The position numbers and the translations under genes are program-made. A stretch of 64,000 nt of DNA from an uncultured Gammaproteobacteria bacterium (GTDB lineage: Bacteria; Patescibacteriota; Microgenomatia; CAYFQP01), in contig CAYFQP010000003.1 in assembly GCA_964345375.1 (NCBI GenBank), forward strand, positions 8,875 through 72,874, read 5' to 3'. This document shows positions 45,080-55,773 of the stretch, piece by piece. Position 1 is the stretch's first letter; each line of letters begins with the position of its first letter. The notes under the pieces were generated by a model that worked only from the letters and a program-made list of their open reading frames with translations, was not told the origin of the DNA and made no database searches.

Positions 45080-47341
45080 ATGAGCCGAAGAGAGACTAAG
45101 CAAAAAAATTTGAAAGGTTTGAAAAAGCGACTTACTCAAATTAGCCGCCATCAAAAAATCCTTCTTCTTTTGTTCTCTGTTTTTTGCCTTTTTTCTTTTA
45201 TTTATCTTTTCTGGGGTTTGCCCCTGCCAACTAAACTAACTAGCTGGCAATATCCTGTTTCGACTAAGATTGTTGATCGAAATGACCAACTCCTCTATGA
45301 AATCTATGCTGAGCAAAACCGAACTCCGATTAAGCTTGAAGATCTACCTGACTATATTAAATGGTCAACTATTTCTTCTGAAGATAAAGACTTCTATCGC
45401 CATCATGGTTTCTCTTGGCGGGGAATCGCGCGGGCAGCCTTTAATATTGTTTTCAAGCGCCAACTTCAAGGTGGCTCAACCATTACTCAGCAATTAGTTA
45501 AAAACGCTCTCTTAACTCCTGAACGGACTCTTCGCCGAAAAATCAGAGAGTTTGTTCTCACCTTAGCGGTTGAAGCCATTTATCCGAAAGACAAAATCTT
45601 AGAAATGTATTTTAATCATGTCCCCTATGGTGGCACGGCTTGGGGAATTGAAACTGCAAGCAAACTCTATTTTAATAAAGGTGCCAGAGATTTAAGTCTA
45701 GCTGAGGCCGCTCTTTTGGCTGGTTTACCCGCCTCGCCCACCCGTTATTCACCCTTTGGTGCTCATCCAGAACTAGCTAAAGAAAGGCAGAAATTCGTTT
45801 TAAGAAGAATGGTCGAAGACGGCTACATTGATCAGGAAGAGGCAGACCAGGCAGAAAAAGAGGAACTCGTCCTCTCTCCCCAAAAAGCAAATATTCAAGC
45901 TCCTCATTTTGTCATGTATGTTAAAGAACAGTTAGTCGAAAAATATGGCGAAAAAATGGTTGAACAAGGCGGTTTGAGAGTAATGACTAGCCTTGACCTT
46001 GAGATTCAGACTTTTGCGGAAACAACTATTGCCAGTGAAGTAGCCAAACTAGAGAACTATCAGGTCTCTAATGGCGCGGCCTTGGTCACCAAGCCCAAAA
46101 CTGGCGAGGTCCTGGCTATGGTTGGTTCTAAAGATTATTTTGACACAGAAGGCCAAGGTAATTTCAACGTTACCACTGCTCTCCGTCAACCCGGTTCAGC
46201 CATTAAACCCCTTAACTACGCCTTGGCAGTCATGACCAATAAAATCACGCCGGCCACTGTCATTAATGATGTCCCTAGTTGTTTTGCTGTTCCTGGTCAA
46301 AAACTTTATTGCCCAGTAAACTATGATGGCCAATTTCATGGACCAGTTCAAGCCCGGTTCGCCTTAGGCAGCTCGTATAATTTACCAGCCGTTAAAGTCT
46401 TAGCTCTTAATGGTTTAGAAGATTTTGTCAACTTTGCCAATAAAATGGGCCTGGTTACTTTAGAAGACCCTTCTCGTTATGGCCTTTCTTTAACCTTGGG
46501 TGGGGGTGAGGTCCGGATGATTGATATGGCAGTTGCTTTTGGAACCCTGGCTAATTTAGGGGTCAAACAGCCCTTAGTTTCGATCACTAAAGTTGAAGAC
46601 TATCAAGGCAAAGTCTATGAAGAATGGCAAGAAACTGAAGGAGGAAGAATCATTCCCATGGAAGTAGCCTATCTTGTCTCTCATATTCTTTTAGACAATA
46701 ACGCCCGGGCAGCCGCTTTTGGAACCTCTTCTTATTTAGTTGTCAGGGGTCATCCTGAGGTTTCAGTCAAAACAGGAACAACTAATGATAAACGGGATAA
46801 TTGGACGATTGGTTATAATCCCGAATTCTTAGTGGCTACTTGGGTGGGCAATAATGATAATTCACCCATGGCGGCAGTCGCTTCTGGAGTAACCGGAGCG
46901 TCACCGATTTGGAATAAGATTATTAATTATATCCTTAGCGATAAAGAACAAGTCTGGCAATTAAAACCTGATGGTATTTATGGCACTCAGGTTTGTGCTC
47001 TTTCTGGGTTTAGCCCTACTCAGGAAGGTGAGGGAGAGGGCTTACCGGCTGAAGCTTCAGCTGAAGCAGGAGGATGCCAAACTCGGTTTGAATATTTTCT
47101 TAAAGGGACTGGCCCGAGTGAAGTGGCGCCAGCAAAGCAATTTGTTGAAATCGATAAAACCACTGGTCAATTAGCAATAGATAAAACTCCACCCGAGAAT
47201 CGGGAAACGCAAGAAAAGCAGATTCTTACTGATCTCTGGGGAACTCAATATTGTCTGGATTGTATTTTCCCAACAGAAAAGGTAGTCATTAACCCGAATA
47301 CCTTAACCACGCTTCAACCTTCCCCGAGTGAACAAGAGTAA
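45080..47341 (+). CDS. class A penicillin-binding protein (transglycosylase + transpeptidase)
   Basis: GT51 motifs EDKDFYRHHG, GGSTITQQLVKN; TP SxxK/KTG-type motifs; TATAAT 8 nt before ATG. Confidence 0.88.
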   Translation: MSRRETKQKNLKGLKKRLTQISRHQKILLLLFSVFCLFSFIYLFWGLPLPTKLTSWQYPVSTKIVDRNDQLLYEIYAEQNRTPIKLEDLPDYIKWSTISSEDKDFYRHHGFSWRGIARAAFNIVFKRQLQGGSTITQQLVKNALLTPERTLRRKIREFVLTLAVEAIYPKDKILEMYFNHVPYGGTAWGIETASKLYFNKGARDLSLAEAALLAGLPASPTRYSPFGAHPELAKERQKFVLRRMVEDGYIDQEEADQAEKEELVLSPQKANIQAPHFVMYVKEQLVEKYGEKMVEQGGLRVMTSLDLEIQTFAETTIASEVAKLENYQVSNGAALVTKPKTGEVLAMVGSKDYFDTEGQGNFNVTTALRQPGSAIKPLNYALAVMTNKITPATVINDVPSCFAVPGQKLYCPVNYDGQFHGPVQARFALGSSYNLPAVKVLALNGLEDFVNFANKMGLVTLEDPSRYGLSLTLGGGEVRMIDMAVAFGTLANLGVKQPLVSITKVEDYQGKVYEEWQETEGGRIIPMEVAYLVSHILLDNNARAAAFGTSSYLVVRGHPEVSVKTGTTNDKRDNWTIGYNPEFLVATWVGNNDNSPMAAVASGVTGASPIWNKIINYILSDKEQVWQLKPDGIYGTQVCALSGFSPTQEGEGEGLPAEASAEAGGCQTRFEYFLKGTGPSEVAPAKQFVEIDKTTGQLAIDKTPPENRETQEKQILTDLWGTQYCLDCIFPTEKVVINPNTLTTLQPSPSEQE

Positions 47342-47382
47342 TTCCCCTTCAAAAAGCCCATAATTTGAGGTATAATATAGGC

Positions 47383-49818
47383 ATGATGGCGGGGAAAACA
47401 GCCAACCCCGCCAAAAGGACTAAACCTGCTCTTTTTCGTTTCATTGAGCCTTTTGGACGGGAGTCGAGTGGTAAAAAGCAAGAAAAAAGCCTGTTCGACT
47501 GGATAGGTAGTCTCTTGGCGCTCATTGGCCGACCTCTTTTCTACCTTTTTCTTTTCCTGAGCTACGGACTCTTATTCTTAGTCTCTTTTATCGGTAAAAT
47601 CACCCTCTTTCTCTTAACTCGACTGCCAGTTTTAGCCATCAGAGGGTTAAAGTTCTTGATTTCAAAATCGTTTTCTCTAATCCTCCAGGTTTTAAAACTA
47701 GTCGTTTCTTTCATTTCTAAGCTCCGTTTCCCTCGAATTGCTTTTCCCAAGATTAGAATTCCCAAACCGAGGATCAGCTGGAAAATAATTATTCCCCTAA
47801 CCATTTCTTTATTTTTAATAATTATCAGCCTATCAACTTACTGGTTCATTCTTAAGGATCTGCCCAATCCTAACCAATTAATCACCCGTGACCAAATCTT
47901 AACCACCAAGATTTATGACCGGAATGGTGAACTCCTGTATAAAATCTACCGGACTCAAAACCGGACTCTCGTTAAACTGGACGAAGTTCCCCTTTTCCTC
48001 CGCCAGGCAACCATCGCCATTGAAGACCGTGAATTTTATTTTCATCAAGGAATCTCACCTCAGGGCATTGCCCGAGCTCTTTACCGAAATCTCTTTCTAG
48101 GCAGATTAAGTGGCGGTTCGACAATTACCCAACAGCTGGTTAAAAATGCTCTCTTAACTCCTGAGCGAACTTGGCAAAGAAAAATCAAAGAAGCCATTCT
48201 TGCTCTCTGGGTTGAAACTCAGTTTACTAAAGACGAAATTCTTCAAATGTATTTAAACGAAGTCGGTTATGGTGGCGCCGCCTATGGGATTGAAGAGGCC
48301 AGTCAGCTTTATTTTGGTAAATCAGTTAAAGAAGTTGACTTGGCTGAAGGAGCCCTTTTAGCGGGCTTACCTTCTTCGCCAACTAAAAATTCGCCTTTTG
48401 GCGCTAATCCAGAACTAGCTAAGTGGCGCCAAGAACAAGTTTTAAGAGAAATGGTTGAAAACCACTATCTCACCCAAGAACAAGCTCAAAAAGCCCTTGA
48501 TCAAGAACTGGTTTTTGCTCCCCAAAAAACTGACATCCAAGCCCCTCATTTTGTCATGTATGTTAAAGATTTGTTGGTCGAAAAATACGGCCAGAAGATG
48601 GTTGAAGAAGGAGGCCTAGAGGTTAAGACTAGCCTTGATTTAAAAACTCAAAATCTGGCTCAAACAATTGTTACTCAAGAGGTAAATGGGCTTAAAAACT
48701 TGAGAATTTCTAATGGCGCGGCCTTGGTCACCAAGCCCAAAACTGGCGAGATCCTAGCCATGGTTGGTTCTAAAGATTATTTTGACACTGAAAATGATGG
48801 CAATTACAACGTCACTACCGCCCAGCGGCAGCCGGGTTCTTCGATCAAACCGGTTAACTATTCCGTCGCTCTTTCGATGGGCTTTACACCAGCAACCATT
48901 ATTCCTGATACACCAATAACTTACCGTCTTCCCGGCCAACCGCCTTATTCTCCGGTTAACTATGACGGCCGTTTCCATGGCAATATTCCCCTCCGGGTCG
49001 CCCTTGCCTCTTCTTATAATGTTCCGGCAGTCAAGGTTCTTTCCGCTATTGGTGTTTCCCGAATGATTAAACAAGGCGAGAAAATGGGAATAACTACCTG
49101 GAATGAACCTTCTCGCTTCGGCCTCTCCCTGACTCTCGGGGGTGGCGATGTCAAGATGGTCGACATGGCGGTGGTTTATGGGAGTTTGGCTAATCTTGGT
49201 ATGCGGGTTGATTTGAATCCGATTTTAGAAGTAAGAGATTATAAGGGAAATCTCCTTGAAAATTTGAGTTGTAAAGACAATCACGAGGTGAAGGCGGTGT
49301 CCGACCTCAGCCCTCCCTGTGATGGCGAAAAAGTAGTCTCGCCACAGATTGCCTACCTTTTAACCGATATTCTCTCAGATAATGACGCCCGAACACCAGC
49401 CTTTGGCTCCAATTCGCTTCTTAATATTCCTGGCCATCCTCACGTCGCCGTCAAAACCGGCACTTCAAATAACCTCAAAGACAACTGGGCGATTGGCTAC
49501 ACCCCTGAATTACTGGTTGCGAGCTGGGTAGGCAACAATGATGCGACGCCGATGTCCTATGTTGCTTCTGGAGTGACTGGCGCCTCACCAATCTGGAATA
49601 AGATTATGGCTGAGCTCCTCAAGGATAAACCGGACCAAGAATTTCCTAAGGCTGAAGATTTGGTCAAGATCGAAATTTGCTCTCTAACTAACACTCTTCC
49701 CTGTGATGGTTGCGGAGGTAAATGGGAATATTTTTTGCCAGGCACAGAACCCAAAACTCATTGTAGTTCAGAGCAAATCAAAGAAACTACCAAAGAAACA
49801 GAAAAAAGCTCCCCTTGA
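47383..49818 (+). CDS. class A penicillin-binding protein, paralogue with extended N-terminal membrane region
   Basis: Same GT51/TP motifs; start moved to ATGATG at 47383 (7 nt after TATAAT 47371-47376); track start 47365 is TTG inside the promoter. Confidence 0.85.
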   Translation: MMAGKTANPAKRTKPALFRFIEPFGRESSGKKQEKSLFDWIGSLLALIGRPLFYLFLFLSYGLLFLVSFIGKITLFLLTRLPVLAIRGLKFLISKSFSLILQVLKLVVSFISKLRFPRIAFPKIRIPKPRISWKIIIPLTISLFLIIISLSTYWFILKDLPNPNQLITRDQILTTKIYDRNGELLYKIYRTQNRTLVKLDEVPLFLRQATIAIEDREFYFHQGISPQGIARALYRNLFLGRLSGGSTITQQLVKNALLTPERTWQRKIKEAILALWVETQFTKDEILQMYLNEVGYGGAAYGIEEASQLYFGKSVKEVDLAEGALLAGLPSSPTKNSPFGANPELAKWRQEQVLREMVENHYLTQEQAQKALDQELVFAPQKTDIQAPHFVMYVKDLLVEKYGQKMVEEGGLEVKTSLDLKTQNLAQTIVTQEVNGLKNLRISNGAALVTKPKTGEILAMVGSKDYFDTENDGNYNVTTAQRQPGSSIKPVNYSVALSMGFTPATIIPDTPITYRLPGQPPYSPVNYDGRFHGNIPLRVALASSYNVPAVKVLSAIGVSRMIKQGEKMGITTWNEPSRFGLSLTLGGGDVKMVDMAVVYGSLANLGMRVDLNPILEVRDYKGNLLENLSCKDNHEVKAVSDLSPPCDGEKVVSPQIAYLLTDILSDNDARTPAFGSNSLLNIPGHPHVAVKTGTSNNLKDNWAIGYTPELLVASWVGNNDATPMSYVASGVTGASPIWNKIMAELLKDKPDQEFPKAEDLVKIEICSLTNTLPCDGCGGKWEYFLPGTEPKTHCSSEQIKETTKETEKSSP

Positions 49819-49854
49819 CTTCTAACAACCTCATTATGCTACCATTAAATCAGG

Positions 49855-50733
49855 ATGTCCATATCCCTCCTTAAGAGGTTAAAAAGAATAAGTCCAAGTG
49901 TTTCAATAATCGCTTTGGTTGCTTTCTTTTTCTCCGCCTTTATCGCCACCTTTATTAAAATAAGACCCGGGGCTGACGATACGATAAAAACCCTCTTTGG
50001 AGCAACAACATTTTTATTTGGTATTTTCCTCGCTTTCTCTATCGCTGACAGCCGATCGAGATTTAATAAAATAACTACCGCCCTTGAAATGAACAGGGCT
50101 GCCTACCTCGGAATTTATCAATTTTCTGGGGTTTTGGGGCCGAAAGTACAAATGAAGATCCAAAAATTAATCGACAATCTTTTAATTGATACCCTGGACT
50201 ATTTTCTGACTGACTATAAATACTCTAGTAAATCCTTTCTTAATCTCTCTGAATACGTCATTAATCTTGAGCCCGAAACAAAAAGCGAGCAGAACGCTTA
50301 CTCCTCAATGACGAAAATATTAATTGGAACACTGAATAATAGAAAACAGGTTGAGGCATTAGTGAGAAGGTCAATGTTAAGATTCGAATGGGCGATCATT
50401 CTTATTCTCTTATTCATTATCTTGTTCTGTCTTTTTTCTTTGAATGACGGTACTCTTGTTTCAATTGTCACCACCACTTTACTTTCGACGGCAACGATAA
50501 CCCTAGTTTTTGTTCTTAGAGATTTTAATAGTTTGCGCTGGAAAGAAGAATACGGGATTTGGGACCCACTGGGAGACTTATTCCGCGAGCTCGATCTTTT
50601 ACCTTATTACCCAAGGGCCGTTCTTAATGAAAAAAGAGTCAAATTAGAAAAAGGGCAAAAGGTGAGAATCGTTGAATATCCAAATCCATATCCTGATATG
50701 ACCGGGAAAGAAGTGAAAGTAGTCGAAGTTTAA
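49855..50733 (+). CDS. hypothetical membrane protein
   Basis: 292 aa with 4 TM segments. Confidence 0.4.
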   Translation: MSISLLKRLKRISPSVSIIALVAFFFSAFIATFIKIRPGADDTIKTLFGATTFLFGIFLAFSIADSRSRFNKITTALEMNRAAYLGIYQFSGVLGPKVQMKIQKLIDNLLIDTLDYFLTDYKYSSKSFLNLSEYVINLEPETKSEQNAYSSMTKILIGTLNNRKQVEALVRRSMLRFEWAIILILLFIILFCLFSLNDGTLVSIVTTTLLSTATITLVFVLRDFNSLRWKEEYGIWDPLGDLFRELDLLPYYPRAVLNEKRVKLEKGQKVRIVEYPNPYPDMTGKEVKVVEV

Positions 50734-50744
50734 ATTCAAAAGGC

Positions 50745-51767
50745 CTATCTGTTCTCAAACTCCCAAACAATTCTAGTGATTTCAGGAAGAGCCTCGAGGG
50801 CTTCTTTTTCTAAAGCGTCTTTGGAAAGAATCACTAAGATAAAAGGCTCTTTGCCAAAAACAATGCCCGCATCAGAAAAAGAATTGGTCTCATTGCCAAT
50901 TTTATGAGCCACTTTAATATCCTCAGGCAACCCTGCGGGAATTCGGTCTTCATAAGCCGTTTTAGTTAAATAATCTATAATTTCATCTCGATGACTTCGG
51001 GTTAATAAGCTCTGAGCATAGAACTTTCTGAAAAAGAGGCCAATGTCTGAGGGAGAGGTTTCATTTTCTCCTAATGAAGTCTTGGTCATTCCCAAATCAT
51101 CGATTATTGCCTGGATTTTTTCATCCCCCAAAAGCTGGCGGACAACATTAAAAGCAGTGTTGTCTGAATAGCGACACATGAGCTTAGCTAATTCCCGATA
51201 AGTATATTTTGTTCCAGCTGGTTTATATTGAATCACCCCGGCTCCACTCTTTTTATCTTTAGCCTCTAAAATGTATTCTTCTTCTAAATCAATCCGGCCG
51301 GCTTCGGCTTCTTGGTAGAGACCGAGAATCACCGGTAATTTAATTAAAGAAGCAGCTGGAAAAACCTCGTCTTGGTTAAGTCCATAACTATGTCGACTAG
51401 TTAGATTGTAAACATAAACGTCATAAGTTCCTTGTAAATCATCAACTTGGTCTTTGACTCTCTCCTCAATTTCCTTTGTCTCAACTTTCTTAGTGGTTAA
51501 ACCTCCTCCAGAAATCTCCCGAATGCTCTCACCAATTGGACTGATAACTCCTGATAGACTTCTCTCTCTTTTCCCCCAAGCCCAGAAACCAAGGCTAATA
51601 ATGGCGGTTACCAAAACCAGACCCAAAACCCATTTCCTTCCCTCAGCCTTTTTCTTTCTAATTTCTCTTAACTCTTTAGCAGATAATTTTTTCTTTTTTC
51701 GAGGCAAAAACTCCTTTGGCTCTTTATCCCTTCCTGCGACTCGATTAATTAAATCTCCGATTCTCAT
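50745..51767 (-). CDS. class A beta-lactamase-like serine hydrolase (membrane-anchored)
   Basis: ASLIKLPV (SxxK), YSDN, HKIGNE (KTG-like) motifs; N-terminal TM. Confidence 0.65.
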   Translation of the reverse strand: MRIGDLINRVAGRDKEPKEFLPRKKKKLSAKELREIRKKKAEGRKWVLGLVLVTAIISLGFWAWGKRERSLSGVISPIGESIREISGGGLTTKKVETKEIEERVKDQVDDLQGTYDVYVYNLTSRHSYGLNQDEVFPAASLIKLPVILGLYQEAEAGRIDLEEEYILEAKDKKSGAGVIQYKPAGTKYTYRELAKLMCRYSDNTAFNVVRQLLGDEKIQAIIDDLGMTKTSLGENETSPSDIGLFFRKFYAQSLLTRSHRDEIIDYLTKTAYEDRIPAGLPEDIKVAHKIGNETNSFSDAGIVFGKEPFILVILSKDALEKEALEALPEITRIVWEFENR

Positions 51768-51780
51768 AAATTATTCCTTC

Positions 51781-52518
51781 TTAGATAGCCCTTCTCCGTT
51801 GCGCTAAAAATTTATTAGCCTGTTTAACAGTCCAATTAACCACATTCTTTGTATTAAAGTCTGCCTCTTTTAGAACCCGTTTAATACCTTTATCTCCTCC
51901 CAGCTCCCAAGCAGCGTGAGCATCGGAACCAACAAATAATCTTACCCCCCTCGCTTTTGCCAGTCTTACCATTAATAATACTTTCGGGTAGTAAAAATCA
52001 ACGTCACGAGGAGGAACGAGGTGAGAATTGTTGATTTCTAAAGGAACTCTGAACTTAACTGCTGCTTTCACTATTCTTCTAATCTCCTGCTCTTTTGTAA
52101 CTAAATAGGGATGAGCTAAAACATCAACTAAAGGGTTCCTCATTGCGTTAATCATTCCATCTGCTGCATCAAAATGGCTCTGTTTTTCTCCCGTTTCAAG
52201 ATCAATCTTCGGATGAAAACTTGCTAAAACAAGGTCTTGCTCCTCTAGGACTTCATCTTGTGGATTTAATCTACCTTTCTTGTTTAAAATATCTACTTCT
52301 ATGCCCCAAATAACCTCCACCCCATTCAAGTTCCTTCTTTTTCTTCTAGACGTGCTTATAAAATGCAAGATTGACGGACTTCCGACTCCACCAGGACTGT
52401 GTTCACAGATTCCAATCATTTCGACACCTTTCCTTTTCGCCTCTTCTGCTAATTCATAAACAGTATTAATAGCATCATTACTTGCTAGTGTGTGGACATG
52501 GAGATCAGCCTTAAGCAT
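51781..52518 (-). CDS. PHP domain phosphoesterase (histidinol-phosphatase family)
   Basis: LKADLHVHT N-terminal His motif, further His/Asp clusters. Confidence 0.75.
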   Translation of the reverse strand: MLKADLHVHTLASNDAINTVYELAEEAKRKGVEMIGICEHSPGGVGSPSILHFISTSRRKRRNLNGVEVIWGIEVDILNKKGRLNPQDEVLEEQDLVLASFHPKIDLETGEKQSHFDAADGMINAMRNPLVDVLAHPYLVTKEQEIRRIVKAAVKFRVPLEINNSHLVPPRDVDFYYPKVLLMVRLAKARGVRLFVGSDAHAAWELGGDKGIKRVLKEADFNTKNVVNWTVKQANKFLAQRRRAI

Positions 52519-53323
52519 GATGATAAACTCCTGAATTCTTTATACCATATTTCTTAGCTAGCTTCTCAAAGTCAACGCCTATTTGACCAAGGTAATCAAG
52601 ATTCTTAAATTGGTCTTTCTTATACAAAGGAAGGAGTTCAGGATAATTTCTAGATAGAACTCTAATAAAATTCGTCCAATTTTCTCCTCGGGTATTTAAA
52701 GTTTCTCCCATTGCTCCATCAAGGTGTTGATGAGTGGCCTTAAAAATCTCTTCTAAATCCGTAAAATAAGGCAAAATCGGGCCAAGATGGATATAGGTTT
52801 TTATTCCTTGATTATGAAGTTTTTTCAAGGCCTTGATTCTTTCTTTTGGCAAAGCAGCTTGAGGTTGGAAAATCCGAGTTGCTTTTTCATCTAGGGTAAT
52901 AAAACTCATCCCTACTTCGATATCCTTAAACTTTTTAAATAAATCAATATCTCGGATAACTAGTTTTGATTGGGTAAGAATACCAACCGAGAAAGGAAGT
53001 TGGGATAAAATCTCTAAGATTCTTCTTGTCAGTTTGTATTTTGTTTCAATCGGCTGATAAGGGTCACAAACAGAGGAGAGGAAGATAACTGGGTTTCCTT
53101 TTAATCTTCTAATCTCTTTAATTAAAACCTCAGGAGCATTAATCTTGGCATCAACAAAAGAGCCCCATTCTTCATCTTCATGACCTGTATATCTTTTCAT
53201 AAATCGGGCATAACACCAAAGACAACCATGAGAACAACCAACATAGGGATTAATCACATAATCACATCCCGGCAGTTTGCTTTTGGAGAGAATTGATCGA
53301 CAAGAAACTTCTCGGACTTTCAT
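52511..53323 (-). CDS. radical SAM protein, SPL/DNA-photolyase-like (COG1533 type)
   Basis: INPYVGCSHGCLWCYA CxxxCxxC cluster motif. Confidence 0.7.
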   Translation of the reverse strand: MKVREVSCRSILSKSKLPGCDYVINPYVGCSHGCLWCYARFMKRYTGHEDEEWGSFVDAKINAPEVLIKEIRRLKGNPVIFLSSVCDPYQPIETKYKLTRRILEILSQLPFSVGILTQSKLVIRDIDLFKKFKDIEVGMSFITLDEKATRIFQPQAALPKERIKALKKLHNQGIKTYIHLGPILPYFTDLEEIFKATHQHLDGAMGETLNTRGENWTNFIRVLSRNYPELLPLYKKDQFKNLDYLGQIGVDFEKLAKKYGIKNSGVYHHA

Positions 53324-53384
53324 TAAGAAAATAATATCCTATTTTCGGGTTTTCTTCAAGAGGTTTTGGGGGTCGATATCATGT

Positions 53385-54329
53385 TTAACTTATTTGTTCA
53401 ATTTTTAAATCTCGTCCCAACCATTCCTCCATTTCTTTTTCGTCTAAAAGCCCGGGCTTGGAACCAACCTTGGTCACCACTGATGCGCCATTGGCCATTC
53501 CCATCTTCAATGATTTTTCTAGGGCAAATTCCTTAACCAAACCACTGACAAACCCGGCTGAAAAAGCATCACCCGCTCCCAATTCATCGATTGTTGGGTG
53601 TTCAAATGTTTGAGAAAATAAATGCTTTCCTTGACTAAAAAGATGGGCACCTTTTTTCCCCTGAGTGACAACTATAATTTTGGGGCCAATTTGAGAAATC
53701 TTTTGAAGAGCTTGATTTTCTTCTTTTTCTCCGGTAAAAAGAATGGCTTCTTCTAAATTAAGAATTAGGGCCTCAACTTTAGGAAAAACTGAGAGGAGTT
53801 TTTCTTTTTCTTGTAATTCTCTGCTCCCTGGATTAAGAGCGATTTTAATTCCCCTCTCAGTTGACTTTTCTATCACTTTAGTAAGAAGATCAACATTTCC
53901 CTCTAAAGAAGCAATATAAAACCACTTCGTCTCATCTAAAGAAGTCCAGGGAAAAATCGTTTCGTCAACTCGAGTCTTCCCTCGATGAACTAGGATTACT
54001 CGCGAACCGTCTTGATAAAGAATAATGGTTGAATAATCAGTTCTGTCTCCTTTTTTGGGCATAAGATATTTTTTATCAAATTTCTCCTTTCCTAGTTCTT
54101 GAGATAGAAAATCACCAAAAAGATCGTCGCCAAAACGAGCAATACAGGCGGTTTTTAAACCCAAACGGCCAAAACCAGTGGCCGTATTTGTTCCTCCACC
54201 ACCAGTGGCTAGAAATAATTCATCAATCTCTATCTTCCCTCCTACTGGTAAAGGCTCACCAGGACGTAAATTAGATGATTTTAAAATCACGTCCATGACC
54301 GCTGAGCCGATTGAAATAATGTCGTACAT
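53385..54329 (-). CDS. PfkB-family carbohydrate/nucleoside kinase
   Basis: GGGGTNTA and DELGAGDAFSAGF PfkB signatures. Confidence 0.8.
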   Translation of the reverse strand: MYDIISIGSAVMDVILKSSNLRPGEPLPVGGKIEIDELFLATGGGGTNTATGFGRLGLKTACIARFGDDLFGDFLSQELGKEKFDKKYLMPKKGDRTDYSTIILYQDGSRVILVHRGKTRVDETIFPWTSLDETKWFYIASLEGNVDLLTKVIEKSTERGIKIALNPGSRELQEKEKLLSVFPKVEALILNLEEAILFTGEKEENQALQKISQIGPKIIVVTQGKKGAHLFSQGKHLFSQTFEHPTIDELGAGDAFSAGFVSGLVKEFALEKSLKMGMANGASVVTKVGSKPGLLDEKEMEEWLGRDLKIEQIS

Positions 54330-54330
54330 C

Positions 54331-55086
54331 TTAGCCGAAAATTATTTTATTAATTTTTTCTGCCATCTTCAATGGTTCCTTGGCTCGCCAAACATTTCTA
54401 CCAACCGCTAAACCCTTGACACCAACTTCTAAAGCCTTCTTAGTCGCCTCTAAGAACTCTCCTTCATCAATCTTACTTCCTCCAGCCAGAACGACTTTTA
54501 CTTCTCCAGCTGACTTGACTACCCAGCTCAGGGTTTCTTGATTGGTGGTAAAGGGAATTTTAATTATTTCTAAACCTAATTCTAGGCCTAATCGAGCTGC
54601 GTAAGCCAAGATTTCTTTTGACTTTTCCTTACCAGCGACTGCTTTGCCCCTAGGATACATCCAACCAATGGCTGGAATTCCTTTCTCCTCTGCTTCTTCT
54701 TCGATTTCAGCCAATTCCTTCATCATCTTAGCTTCATATTGACTGCCAACATAAAGGGTGTAACCAACAGCTGAAGCACCATAATTAAGAGCCTCTTCGA
54801 CTGAGCAAACCTGGGGTGAATAAGGGTCTTCTTCAGCCAAAAGCTTTGTCTTACCATTCAGCTTAACGATTAAGGGCACTTTATTCTTGTCTTGGTCATA
54901 ATACTTCTCAGCAATTCCCTTTTGGCAGATAAAACCAGTAAAATAACCAGAATCAGCGATTTTTAAGATTTTAGCTGGATCAACTGACTCGTCATCAAAA
55001 TCAGTTGGCCCATGTTCCATGCCATGGTCATAGGCTAAAAATAAAGCCCGATTGTTTTTCGTAATTTTATCTAAATTAGCTTTCAT
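54331..55086 (-). CDS. class I fructose-bisphosphate aldolase, archaeal/DhnA type
   Basis: LAYDHGMEHGP, Schiff-base Lys region IVKLNGKT. Confidence 0.7.
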   Translation of the reverse strand: MKANLDKITKNNRALFLAYDHGMEHGPTDFDDESVDPAKILKIADSGYFTGFICQKGIAEKYYDQDKNKVPLIVKLNGKTKLLAEEDPYSPQVCSVEEALNYGASAVGYTLYVGSQYEAKMMKELAEIEEEAEEKGIPAIGWMYPRGKAVAGKEKSKEILAYAARLGLELGLEIIKIPFTTNQETLSWVVKSAGEVKVVLAGGSKIDEGEFLEATKKALEVGVKGLAVGRNVWRAKEPLKMAEKINKIIFG

Positions 55087-55751
55087 TTCTTCGTTCCCTC
55101 GATAATCTCAACTGCTTTTGAGGTGCCAATTCGATCAGCGCCTTTTTCAATAAACTCAACCGCCTTCTCATAGGTGTGGATTCCTCCAGCTACTTTGACC
55201 TTAATTTTATCTCCTACCACTTGTCTAATCAGCTCAACATCTTTTAATTCTGCTCCTCTTGGCCCAAAACCAGAATTAGTCTTGATAAAATCCGCTCTTG
55301 ATTCTAGAACCAGCTCTGAGGCTTTTTTAATCTCTTCATCAGTTAAAAAGCCAGTCTCAATGATGAATTTAACGATGGTCTTATTTCTGGCGTTCTTGGC
55401 TGCTTCGACAATGGCTTTCATTTCCTCGAGAACCTTTTTCTTCTCTCCTCCCTTGAACAAACCGATATTCATACAAACATCTAGCTCATTGGCGCCTTTT
55501 TTGATGGCATCAATTGTCGCCAGAATCTTCGTGTTTTGAGTGTCTTGACCTAAAGGAAAAGAGATCACTGTTCCCACTTTTCCTTTGATTCCTAAAACCT
55601 CTCTAACTAAAGAGAGATAGCAAGGATTAACAAAAGCACTGTTAAACCCGTACTTCTTAACATTCTGACAGAGCTTTTTGATTGCTTCAGGAGTGGCATC
55701 AGGATGATGATTGGCTAAATCAAGATGCTTCGCTAGCTTTTGGGGATTCAT
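55083..55751 (-). CDS. deoC: deoxyribose-phosphate aldolase
   Basis: FIKTNSGFG Schiff-base Lys motif, TIM barrel pattern. Confidence 0.85.
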   Translation of the reverse strand: MNPQKLAKHLDLANHHPDATPEAIKKLCQNVKKYGFNSAFVNPCYLSLVREVLGIKGKVGTVISFPLGQDTQNTKILATIDAIKKGANELDVCMNIGLFKGGEKKKVLEEMKAIVEAAKNARNKTIVKFIIETGFLTDEEIKKASELVLESRADFIKTNSGFGPRGAELKDVELIRQVVGDKIKVKVAGGIHTYEKAVEFIEKGADRIGTSKAVEIIEGTKK

Positions 55752-55773
55752 GGCTTCATGATATCATAGACTG

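Noticed and set aside
47365-47382. TTG start of second PBP gene given by the ORF track
   Set aside because: The TTG and following codons are the TATAAT box and spacer; ATGATG at 47383 directly after the -10 is the more plausible start
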